From Rhodospirillaceae bacterium (GTDB lineage Bacteria; Pseudomonadota; Alphaproteobacteria; SP197), in the NCBI GenBank assembly GCA_002722885.1, contig PBNE01000011.1:2336-66335 (forward strand): a DNA stretch of 64,000 nt, written 5' to 3'. This document shows, one piece after another, positions 19,041 to 27,353 of the stretch. The position numbers and the translations under genes were made by a program. Within the stretch, counting starts at the first letter, position 1; each line of letters begins with the position of its first letter. The notes beneath the pieces were generated by a model. That model saw nothing but the letters and a program-made list of their open reading frames with translations. It made no database searches and was not told the DNA's origin.

Positions 19041-19346
19041 ATGGCGGAGGCCATACAGGCACTTCTCGATGTCGCAGCGAGTGGCCGGCCGGGCCGGGGT
19101 CTCGTGGCTGTGAAATACCTAAAGCGTGTCGACCGACATATCGCAGCCTTCCTAGCCATTCGGCGCATCATCGACAGCATTGGCAGCGGTCGCGTGCTGC
19201 TACAGACCGTGGCGGCCTCCATTGGGCGTTCGCTCGAAGACGAGGAGCGGTTCACAGAGTTTCAGAAGCAGCACCCGGGTATGTTCAAGCGAGTTCTCGA
19301 TGATCTGAAGCGGCGACGCAAAAGCACTCGGATCACTAGGGCCTGA
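19041..19346 (+). pseudogene. N-terminal-domain fragment of a phage T7-like single-subunit RNA polymerase
   Basis: VKYLKRVDRHIAAFLAIRRIIDSIGSGRVLLQTVAASIGRSLEDEERFTEFQKQHPGMFKRVLDDLKRR aligns by eye with T7 RNAP ...FLQEIKPEAVAYITIKTTLACLTSADNTTVQAVASAIGRAIEDEARFGRIRDLEAKHFKKNVEEQLNKR (reference from memory). Only about 100 of roughly 880 aa are present. Confidence 0.65.
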
Positions 19347-19404
19347 GATCTTAAAACTTTAAAGATCACAAACCTTTCCATTGCGTCCGTCCTTACTAAC
19401 ACAC

Positions 19405-19448
19405 AGACGAAAACTACAGCCTAGTGTTTGAACAACTAGGCTGTAGTT
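19405..19448 (-). terminator. rho-independent terminator downstream of the aldehyde dehydrogenase gene
   Basis: Perfect 14-bp stem (19412-19425 / 19435-19448, AACTACAGCCTAGT ... ACTAGGCTGTAGTT). On the minus strand it is followed by a short T tract (TTTTCGTCT). It lies 70 nt after the stop at 19519. Confidence 0.55.
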
Positions 19449-19518
19449 CTCCTGGTCCCTCTAATTCGCGCGCTGTTCTCGTCAATTATAACAGAGCGCT
19501 CAAAAGGGATTTTATCGG

Positions 19519-20943
19519 TTATGACGTGACCGCCTTGGTTTCGAGATATTCATGGAAACCTAGAGGCCCCGCTTCCCGACCATTTCCAGATTGCTTGTAG
19601 CCTCCGAACGGCACATCAAAATCACCGGCGTTGCCATTGACGTTAATAATGCCCGCTCTCAGTTGCCGGCTCACCCTGGCTACGCGCTCGCTGTCTGAAG
19701 ATTGTACATAAGCTGCAAGACCGTAGTCGGTATCGTTTGCAATTTCGATTGCTTCTGCTTCTGTCTCAAAAGGAATGATCGATAGAACCGGACCGAAAAC
19801 TTCCTGTCGGGCAATATTCATGTCGTTATTCACGTCGGCGAAAAGGGTTGGTCGAATGTAGTACCCCTGCTCGAATCCATCCGGGCGGCCGGGCCCACCT
19901 ACGGCCAATCGCGCGCCATCATCAATTCCAGCCTGAATGAGATTTTGTACATGTGCGAATTGACGCTTGTTAACCACGGGCCCGATGTGATCACCCTCTT
20001 TCATCGGATCGTCTACTTTAGTCGATTCCACTTCTGCCGTTACAAGCGCGACAACCTCATCATACACGCTACGCTCAACTAATAGTCGCGAAGCAGCATC
20101 ACAAGATTGACCGTTGTTGATAAAACACGCAGCGACGGAGGTTTTCGCGGCTTCCTCGAGATTCGCGTCAGCGAAGAGGAGATTCGGGGATTTACCGCCC
20201 AATTCAAGTGAAACCCGCTTGATTGTGTCTGCCGCAGCCTTAGTGACGGCCTTGCCGGCCCTCGTCGATCCTGTGAATGAAACCATATCGATTTTAGGAT
20301 GTGACGAAATAGCTTCTCCAACACCTGGACCATCGCCATTAACCATGTTGAAAACACCGGCTGGGCAGCCGGCTTCGTGGATCACTTCGGCCAAAATTAT
20401 GGAAGTCAGAGGAGAATACTCGCTAGGTTTCAAAACGATGGTACACCCTGCAGCAAGCGCCGGCGCCACTTTTATCATTATTTGATTAACCGGCCAGTTC
20501 CACGGTGTAATCATTCCGACAACGCCAACTGGTTCGTCAATCAATGTAGAGCCACCCCGCATAGAGGGCCTCTCAAATTGATGAGCCTTTACCGCTTCAA
20601 TGGCGGCTTCCATGTGGCCAACACCAACCGGCATATGAACTTCGCGGGAGAAGGACATGGTGGTGCCCATCTCATGGGGCATCATCTTTACTATCTCCTC
20701 AGCGCGGGCGTTATAGATTTCGAGCATACGCTGAAGCAGCGAAACCCGCTCTTCTATTGAGCTAAATTGCCATGTTTTAAATGCCTCCATAGCCGCATCG
20801 ACGGCGCGATCAACATCGGTCTTAGAGCCAAGTGCAATCGTCGCAATCGGCTGTTCGTTTCCCGGATGGATTACATCAAAATCGACACCATCAGCCGGAT
20901 CAGTCCACTCGCCATTTATGTAAAATTTCTTGTGGTTACTCAT
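19519..20943 (-). CDS. NAD(P)-dependent aldehyde dehydrogenase
   Basis: 474 aa, intact. ITPWNWP, VSLELGGKSP (catalytic Glu) and FINNGQSCDAASR (catalytic Cys). Visibly AT-richer codon usage than the neighbours. Confidence 0.93.
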   Translation of the reverse strand: MSNHKKFYINGEWTDPADGVDFDVIHPGNEQPIATIALGSKTDVDRAVDAAMEAFKTWQFSSIEERVSLLQRMLEIYNARAEEIVKMMPHEMGTTMSFSREVHMPVGVGHMEAAIEAVKAHQFERPSMRGGSTLIDEPVGVVGMITPWNWPVNQIMIKVAPALAAGCTIVLKPSEYSPLTSIILAEVIHEAGCPAGVFNMVNGDGPGVGEAISSHPKIDMVSFTGSTRAGKAVTKAAADTIKRVSLELGGKSPNLLFADANLEEAAKTSVAACFINNGQSCDAASRLLVERSVYDEVVALVTAEVESTKVDDPMKEGDHIGPVVNKRQFAHVQNLIQAGIDDGARLAVGGPGRPDGFEQGYYIRPTLFADVNNDMNIARQEVFGPVLSIIPFETEAEAIEIANDTDYGLAAYVQSSDSERVARVSRQLRAGIINVNGNAGDFDVPFGGYKQSGNGREAGPLGFHEYLETKAVTS

Positions 20944-21114
20944 GATAGCTTTCCCTCAAAACCGTTTCTCTTGATCGCCTGCGCAAACACCACCGAAGCC
21001 GCAAAGGGCTCGAGTTCGCGCTATCGGAATTTAAGTAACTTGGTCTGTTAGAAATTAATGATAGTTATTCTTAATTGCAATATCTATCTATTCTTAAACG
21101 GGAGAATACGCACT

Positions 21115-21766
21115 ATGGGTCAATGGAACGCCTTTATCAGCGCAAGTTCCCGTTTGACCGCAGGCGGCTCGACAGTTTGCAATCTTTGGCCCCGACCTGC
21201 CGCTGAGTGACATCAAGACGGCAATGCTTGATGATTTCGTGCCCGCGATGATTTTGAAGGGGAACCGCCCGGCTACAATCAATCGAAAACTGCGCGCTCT
21301 TTCGACGGCCATGACCGTTGCGATTGATCGCGATGGGCTCTGCCGGAAGCCGATGTTTCCTTGGCAGTAGGGGCCTTCCGGCCGCTCAAAGCTCTTCAGC
21401 CCCGAGGAAAAATCACTAATCATCACCCGCGCGAGAGAGACTGGTCAGAACATGTTAGCCGACATGATCGTGCTCTACATCGACACCGGCTATAGGTTCA
21501 ATGAGCTGCGGAGCTGCCTGAACGATGAAGCTCACATCAACCTGAACCTCGATCCGCCGACGATGACCATTTATAAAACCAAGAATTGGGAGAAAGTCGG
21601 GCCACGCACGGGGCCCCTGACACAACGCTGCGTCGAGATCCTGCGCGATCGCGTGGCTACCACGCCGAAAGGCGCGAAAATGTTTACCCTCTCGAGAAGA
21701 CAGATGCACCATCGGTGGAATGTGATCCGAAAGGATTTGGAACGCGCCGAGGATCCCGAGAGGTAG
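21115..21766 (+). pseudogene. tyrosine recombinase/phage integrase: frameshifted, with an in-frame TAG, and lacking the catalytic C-terminal half
   Basis: ATG at 21115 with GGGAGAA upstream, then a frame change near 21175. FGPDLPLSDIKTAMLDDFV...NRPATINRKLRALSTAM (core-binding domain), TAG at 21368-21370, then LFSPEEKSLII...LYIDTGYRFNELRSC (first catalytic Arg box). It stops at 21764-21766, before the HxxR/Y motifs. Confidence 0.75.
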
Positions 21767-21812
21767 CCGACGTCCAATGATTCAACTTTCGTTCTGAGGC
21801 GGGCTGCTCGCT

Positions 21813-22541
21813 TTGGTGCTGGGCGCGGTATTCGGCAGCTTCGCCTCCATGCTGCCCCACCGCATGCCGCACGGGCTCGATCTGCTCGGCCGGCGTTCTG
21901 CCTGTCCGTCCTGTGAGACACCGCTGGGTGCACGCCACCTGTTTCCGGTTCTGTGCTGCTGCCTGAGCCGTGGCAGGTGCCGCCTTTGCCAATCGCCCGT
22001 GTCGTGGCGCTATCCCTTGACCGAAGTGGCCATGGTTGTGGCCTTCTTGGGCGTGTGGTGGGTTTCCGGCGGGATTGGCATCGGGTTTTCTGTTCTCGCC
22101 GCGCTGGCCTTCGTTTTGCTGGTGATGTCGGTGATCGTTCTTGAGCACGGTTATTTGCCGGACTCGCTTCAGGCTGCGGCTGCCGTGTTGGCGGTTGTCT
22201 GGCACGCTCTGCCGGCACCCGAACTGGTTGCCCAGGCGCTCGACTCGGTCCTGGGTCTCGCCGTCCTTGGCGGTGCGGGGCTTGCAGTTAAATGGGGGTT
22301 TCAAAAGCTGCGCGGTCGGGATAGCTTCGGCCCTGGCGATGTAAAACTGCTTGCTGTCGCGGGGCTCTGGCTCGGCCTGGGCCCAGCTCCGCTGAACCTG
22401 GTGGCAAGCGGGTTGGGCGGTACGGCTCTGGCCATCGTCTGGCAGCGCGCCGGTCTGGGGCGCGAGTTCCCGCTCGGCCCCTCCCTGGCGCTGGTGCTCT
22501 ATCTTCGGGTACTGTTTCCCGCCGCTACCGGCTATATCTGA
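21813..22541 (+). CDS. prepilin peptidase (A24 family)
   Basis: GAVFGSFASMLPHR, CPSCETPL...CRLCQSP zinc-like Cys pairs, and GPGDVKLLAVAGLWLG (second catalytic Asp). The track start is TTG 21813. An in-frame ATG at 21777 is separated from it by TGA at 21795-21797. Confidence 0.8.
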   Translation: MVLGAVFGSFASMLPHRMPHGLDLLGRRSACPSCETPLGARHLFPVLCCCLSRGRCRLCQSPVSWRYPLTEVAMVVAFLGVWWVSGGIGIGFSVLAALAFVLLVMSVIVLEHGYLPDSLQAAAAVLAVVWHALPAPELVAQALDSVLGLAVLGGAGLAVKWGFQKLRGRDSFGPGDVKLLAVAGLWLGLGPAPLNLVASGLGGTALAIVWQRAGLGREFPLGPSLALVLYLRVLFPAATGYI

Positions 22542-22548
22542 AACAGGG

Positions 22549-22896
22549 TCAGGCCTCGGGACGATCCCAGTCGAAGCCGACCAGAAGGCAGCCCGTCTCG
22601 GTGCGTGAGTTGTGATAGGTGCCCGCAAGATAGCTGCAAAAATCGCCTTTTTTCAGGACGGTGCCGTCGCTTTCGATCAACTCACCCTCCAAAATCAGGA
22701 ACTCCTCCATGCACTTGTGGGTATGCGCGATGGTTTCCGCACCCGGTTCCATACGGATCATGTAGATGCCGCGCCGGGTCGTGGCGTCGTAACTGATGGC
22801 GAGTTGCTTCATCTCGTCCTGGATCGGACCGTCCAGGTCGTAGGGGTCATAGGGCGTGTCGTGGATGTTCACGATGGTGCGTTCCGGAAGGGTCAT
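22549..22896 (-). CDS. cupin domain protein
   Basis: Start chosen at the ATG at 22896, preceded by GGAGAA. IAHTHKCMEEFLILEGEL...GTYHNS two-motif cupin signature. 115 aa. Confidence 0.75.
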   Translation of the reverse strand: MTLPERTIVNIHDTPYDPYDLDGPIQDEMKQLAISYDATTRRGIYMIRMEPGAETIAHTHKCMEEFLILEGELIESDGTVLKKGDFCSYLAGTYHNSRTETGCLLVGFDWDRPEA

Positions 22897-22924
22897 CAGG
22901 GTTTTCTCCGCATCGTAAGCTGTC

Positions 22925-23851
22925 TCATTCGATCGGGGTGACGACAAACCCCTCCGCCCGCATCTGGGACAGCACGCCGTCCTCACCGGCCAGATGGGCC
23001 GCACCGATGGCAACAAAATAGCCGCCTTCGTGGAAGAGCGGCAGCAGCCGTGTCGCCATGACGTTGTTGCGGTCGTGCAGGATACGCTGGTTGAACCGTG
23101 TCAGCGCCTCGGATGTGATGTTTTCCTGGCCGGTGGCAACGGCGAACAAGGCTTCGAGATCACGGTCGAGATAACGCTGCAGCATCACCTCATATTGTGC
23201 CTCGATCTCCGGCTTGTGCTCCACCACAGTCCGGAGAATAGCCATTTGAACGTCCTCCGGCGTGTCCTCAAACACTGCAAGTTGTTCCTCGTAGGTCTCC
23301 AGAGCCATCAGTTCGACGCTCTCGCGGCGCGCCAGATCCTGCAGCCAGCCATCAAGCGCCGGCTCGCCGCGCGCCTGTCGGAACGATTCTTCGGGCGGGA
23401 TCGACAGGATAGTGAACAGAGCCCAGGGTTTCATCAGCTTCAGCACAGACGGAACCAGGCCGTAGGGCTGCGCTACCAGCTTGAGCTTGTTGAACAGTTC
23501 GGGGCCCAGCACGGTCTCGAGATTGCGGCCATCGGAATAAACTATGGCCGAAAGCAGGGTGGTGGCCAGCTCGTCGTTCGTGATGATCTCGAAGACCGCT
23601 GTGTGAGATGACGTCAGGGCCTCGCGGGTCGCGCCTCCTACATCCAGGACGCGCGGGTCGCTCACATGCATGGTGCCCAACAGGTAACTGGTTGTGCCAG
23701 CCCCGGGCGCCTGCAGCGCCCAAAGAAGCGCATTGCCTTCGGATTTGGCCGAACCGGACGCAAGCGCCACGGCAAGACCAACCACAAACAGGATCGGGAG
23801 GCGAAGTCCCGCACGACACTTGGTTCTGACCAGGAATGATCTCATTGCCAC
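22925..23851 (-). CDS. TraB/GumN family protein
   Basis: 308 aa. Signal peptide, then LWALQAPGAGTTSYLLGTMHV, typical of the family. Confidence 0.85.
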   Translation of the reverse strand: MAMRSFLVRTKCRAGLRLPILFVVGLAVALASGSAKSEGNALLWALQAPGAGTTSYLLGTMHVSDPRVLDVGGATREALTSSHTAVFEIITNDELATTLLSAIVYSDGRNLETVLGPELFNKLKLVAQPYGLVPSVLKLMKPWALFTILSIPPEESFRQARGEPALDGWLQDLARRESVELMALETYEEQLAVFEDTPEDVQMAILRTVVEHKPEIEAQYEVMLQRYLDRDLEALFAVATGQENITSEALTRFNQRILHDRNNVMATRLLPLFHEGGYFVAIGAAHLAGEDGVLSQMRAEGFVVTPIE

Positions 23852-24071
23852 AGCTTGGCGTATCGTGCGGGCGCGTCAATGGCGTCAGGCACACAGAAGG
23901 TCGCGGTGAGGGGAAGCAGAACAGGACGAACGCGGTTCGCGGGATGTCTGCGGTTTCGAGCGCAAGAAAGAGTGCGACCGCCCTGTTCCGACTCTACGCT
24001 AGGTCCGCGGGTCGGTCGCCGCAGTGGCCCATTTCACACCTTGAAAAGATTTGTCGCCACGGGTTTCGGCC

Positions 24072-25199
24072 TCAGAATCCCGCTTTGACCTCTTCGAACA
24101 TCACGTTGGCGCGTTCGCGGACGGCCGGGTCCCATTCGTCGAAGAACTGGCCCATATCCATCAGCCGGGTCGGATTTTCGATCCCCAGCTCTTCAAGAAG
24201 CTCCTGATTGGCGGCCTCGAAGGCGCGGCTGTTGGCAGCGCCGTAGCCGTACTCCTCGATCATGAAGACTCCGGCCTCCGCCGAGATCCCGGCGTCGATG
24301 TAGGCATAAGCGTCCTCGTCGCTGCCGGGTCCGTCCAGAATCAGGCAGGTGCAGTCGACCCAGGTCAGGATGCCCTCTTTCGGGACCATGTAGCCGACGT
24401 CGATGCCCTGCCGCTTGAGCGAGGCATAAGCATGGTTCCAGGCATAGGCCGCCACCACCTCACCGGTGTAGAGCGCCTGTTCGATGTCGGACTGGCTCGT
24501 CCAGTACATGCGCAGCAGTTCGCGCTGCTCGATCAGCTTGGCGCGAACCGCTTCAAGCTGGTCGTTATTCATGTGATAGGGGTCTTCGATACCCAGGATC
24601 ATAGCGGCCTGAAGCACTGCAGCGTCCATCGAATCCCTTTGGGCCAGGCGCCCGGCATAGGCCTCGTCCCAGAGGATCTTCCAGCTTTCGCTGCCGACGT
24701 ATTCCTGGGCCAGGTCGCGCCGATAGAGCACGGAGCTGTTGCCCCAGGAAAACGGCACGCCGTAGATATTGCTCCCGTCATGCAGGGCCCCGATCGAGGT
24801 CAGCCTTGGGAAGATGTCGCCGTAGTTTTCGAGCCGTGACACGTCGATGGGCTTGAGCAGTCCGGCGTCACGCCAGCGGGCCACCATGTAGGTCGTGGGC
24901 TGCGTCAGGGTCGGCCGGTAGCCGGCACGCACCTTCTCGATCGCCTCGTCGTTGTCGACAAACAGCAGATAGCTCGGCGCGCCACCGGTTTCTTCATCAT
25001 AGCCGGGGCGCAGCTGCGGCACGTCGTAGCTTGCCCACGTGAGCACCTGGATTGGATCCTTCGCCTGCACTGCGACCTGTGAGACCGGCACCGAGAGCGT
25101 GACCACACCGACCGATGCCAGGACCCTGCTTATGTCGCGACGGCCCAGCGTTCCGGCCGTCAGGGCCGCTTTGAATTCGCTAAGATCCATGAGCGCCAT
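24072..25199 (-). CDS. ABC transporter substrate-binding protein (PotD/PotF-like polyamine/opine type)
   Basis: 375 aa. N-terminal twin-Arg-like signal (TLGRRDISRVLASVGVV). Family-1 solute-binding-protein size and pattern. Confidence 0.8.
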   Translation of the reverse strand: MALMDLSEFKAALTAGTLGRRDISRVLASVGVVTLSVPVSQVAVQAKDPIQVLTWASYDVPQLRPGYDEETGGAPSYLLFVDNDEAIEKVRAGYRPTLTQPTTYMVARWRDAGLLKPIDVSRLENYGDIFPRLTSIGALHDGSNIYGVPFSWGNSSVLYRRDLAQEYVGSESWKILWDEAYAGRLAQRDSMDAAVLQAAMILGIEDPYHMNNDQLEAVRAKLIEQRELLRMYWTSQSDIEQALYTGEVVAAYAWNHAYASLKRQGIDVGYMVPKEGILTWVDCTCLILDGPGSDEDAYAYIDAGISAEAGVFMIEEYGYGAANSRAFEAANQELLEELGIENPTRLMDMGQFFDEWDPAVRERANVMFEEVKAGF

Positions 25200-25276
25200 G
25201 ATCCGGGTCCTTCATGCTTCGGAGGGCTGCCAGTATGCCGGAGTTTTGCCACTGGCGAACAGACAGGGTGCTGTTG

Positions 25277-27163
25277 TCACACAGCCTTGTGTGTTTTTAC
25301 GCGGATTCCGGCAGCGACCGCCCGGCCGTCGGTCGCATGAACCGGCCCCACTTCAAAGGTGCTGACCAGATCGGCAAGCTCGATTGCCAAAACGGCAAAG
25401 CCAGACAGGGCACGGGCGAAGGCGGTATGTTCGGCATTGGGCCAGCCATCGCTGTTGCACAGCAGACGGCTGACCTGCAGGCGATCAATCAGCCGACCGG
25501 CAGCGTCTTCATCCAGTCCGGGCAGGGCGTGAACAGCCTCGTCGAGCAGTTTGCCGTAGTTGCCGGCTGTCCTGAGTGCAATCAGCGGGCCGAACTGGGG
25601 GTCGTCAATCAGACTGAAGGTGAGTTTGACTACCTGGCTGCCGGGATCGAAGGCTGGCTCGAACCCGAAGCCGGCCAGAAGTTGTTTTGAGGCCTCAGCA
25701 TCAAAGGCTTCTATGAGTGAGAGCAGATCGCGCAGGCGTGCCACCACGACAGGGTCGGCAGCATCCGACCCCGAAGTCGGTGCCGTCTGCCGGTCGCGCC
25801 AGGCCATGGCATGGCGAATGGCCTTCAGACCTTCGCCGGTGCCGCAGAGCGCCATGACGCCATCGTCGATCAGCGCCTTGCCGGCCGTCATCATGCCCGA
25901 CATCGGCGTGTTGATAAGAGCAGCGAGCGGCTTGTCGGTCCGGTCCCGTGTCGCCACCAGCGCCTTGGCGTAGCCCTTTTCGGTGGTGGGATTCCACTGG
26001 AAGTCACCGCAAAAGGTGACCAGGCCCACGCCGGGGTCGCCTGCCATTGCGCCGAAGTAACCTTCGAAGTCATCTTCGTAGTTCGCGGCCGTGCCCCAGG
26101 CATCGAGCGGGTTCACAGGTTCCAGCGCATGGTGAAGGTGAGGCCGGAGGCGTGAGGCGGTCTCCGACGTGATCTCGGCCAGGGGCACACCCAGGGCTTC
26201 GGCCTGGTCGACGAACATCTCGCGCTCGCCGCCCGAATCCAACACCACGCCCATGCCGCCGCGCGCCAGCGGGCGGTCGTGCGAGAGCAGGGTCAGAAGG
26301 TTGGCCATTTCGTCCATTGTCTCGACTCGCATCACACCGTAGCGATCAAACACCGCCTGGTAGGCATGGTCGTTCCCGGCGTCCGCATCTGAGTGGACTT
26401 TGGCGAAGTGTTTGGCTTTCTCGCTCGCACCCACTTTCATGGCGACGACGGGCACATCGGCCTCGCGCGCTCGCGCCAGGGCAGCCATGAACCCTTCGGG
26501 ATCACGCGCCTCTTCCATAAACAGCGCGATCACCTTGGTCGACGGCATGGTCAGCGCATAGTCAATGTAGTCGGCCACCGTGCCGTTGATCTCCTGACCG
26601 CAGGAGACAATCAGGTTGCAGCGATAACGAAAATCGTTGAGGCCAATCTCGCTGAACACCGTGCCCGAATGGGTGATGAAGGCGACATTGCCGCCGGGCA
26701 CCATCTTGTCGCTGGCATCATAGATGGTGATGGGGATGCGGTCGGCCATGTTGAGATAGCCCATGCCGTTGCCGCCGCAGACCGGCAGGCTGGCCTCGCG
26801 AGCCTTGGCCTTCAGGCGGCCCAGCAGGCCGCGATCGCTCTCGCCGTCGAGATAGCAGGTGTCGAAGATTGTGACTGAACGCGCGCCAATCGCTAGTGCG
26901 TCGTCGAGCTGTTGTTCCAGAAAGGTGCTGTTCACGCCCAGCACCGCCAAGTCGACCGGCCCGGGTAGGTCCCGCAGCGTCGCGTGGCAGGCCAGCTCCT
27001 GGATCGTGTCGTACTTCGGATTGACCGGGTGAAGTTCACCGTCGAAGCCGCAATTGATCAGGCCGGCCAGCATTCCGTGCCCGGCGCTGCCTTCACGTTG
27101 TGAGGCGCCGACCACGGCTATGGAGCGGGGACGCAGCATGGGCGTCAGGTGGTGATCGGTCAT
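25277..27163 (-). CDS. ADP-forming acyl-CoA synthetase (acetate--CoA ligase family, CoA-binding plus ligase-CoA domains)
   Basis: Start chosen at the ATG at 27163 (MTDHHLTPMLRPRSIAVVGASQREGSAGH, CoA-binding Rossmann motif). The C-terminal ATP-grasp part looks short (see findings). Confidence 0.8.
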   Translation of the reverse strand: MTDHHLTPMLRPRSIAVVGASQREGSAGHGMLAGLINCGFDGELHPVNPKYDTIQELACHATLRDLPGPVDLAVLGVNSTFLEQQLDDALAIGARSVTIFDTCYLDGESDRGLLGRLKAKAREASLPVCGGNGMGYLNMADRIPITIYDASDKMVPGGNVAFITHSGTVFSEIGLNDFRYRCNLIVSCGQEINGTVADYIDYALTMPSTKVIALFMEEARDPEGFMAALARAREADVPVVAMKVGASEKAKHFAKVHSDADAGNDHAYQAVFDRYGVMRVETMDEMANLLTLLSHDRPLARGGMGVVLDSGGEREMFVDQAEALGVPLAEITSETASRLRPHLHHALEPVNPLDAWGTAANYEDDFEGYFGAMAGDPGVGLVTFCGDFQWNPTTEKGYAKALVATRDRTDKPLAALINTPMSGMMTAGKALIDDGVMALCGTGEGLKAIRHAMAWRDRQTAPTSGSDAADPVVVARLRDLLSLIEAFDAEASKQLLAGFGFEPAFDPGSQVVKLTFSLIDDPQFGPLIALRTAGNYGKLLDEAVHALPGLDEDAAGRLIDRLQVSRLLCNSDGWPNAEHTAFARALSGFAVLAIELADLVSTFEVGPVHATDGRAVAAGIRVKTHKAV

Positions 27164-27353
27164 GGCGCGTTTCCGATGGGGCAGATGTTGGCTGTTTGAT
27201 AGCAGGTTGGTTTGCCCGCGCAATCTCGTGGGTGTGAATTGTCACGTACCCGCAGTTCTTTTCCCTACGAACAGCGTATCGCTCTTGCGCTGGTGTGTTT
27301 AGCCGCCGCACAGTGCTGTCAGCCGAGCCACATGCCAGCAGGTTCTTCCCGTC

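Larger units (their letters stand above)
19041..21766. mobile_element. decayed remnant of an integrated element: RNAP stub, low-GC cargo gene, truncated tyrosine integrase
   Basis: Phage-type RNAP fragment, an abrupt drop in G+C from about 19347 to 21100, and integrase fragments at 21115-21766. I found no flanking direct repeats. Confidence 0.5.

Noticed and set aside
19347-21115. Attachment-site direct repeats bounding the low-GC segment. Also the near-palindrome GATCTTAAAACTTTAAAGATC at about 19347-19367.
   Set aside because: By eye I could not find any repeat of 12 nt or more shared between the left (19347-19520) and right (20944-21115) borders. The palindrome has a central mismatch, and no partner or function can be argued from sequence alone.
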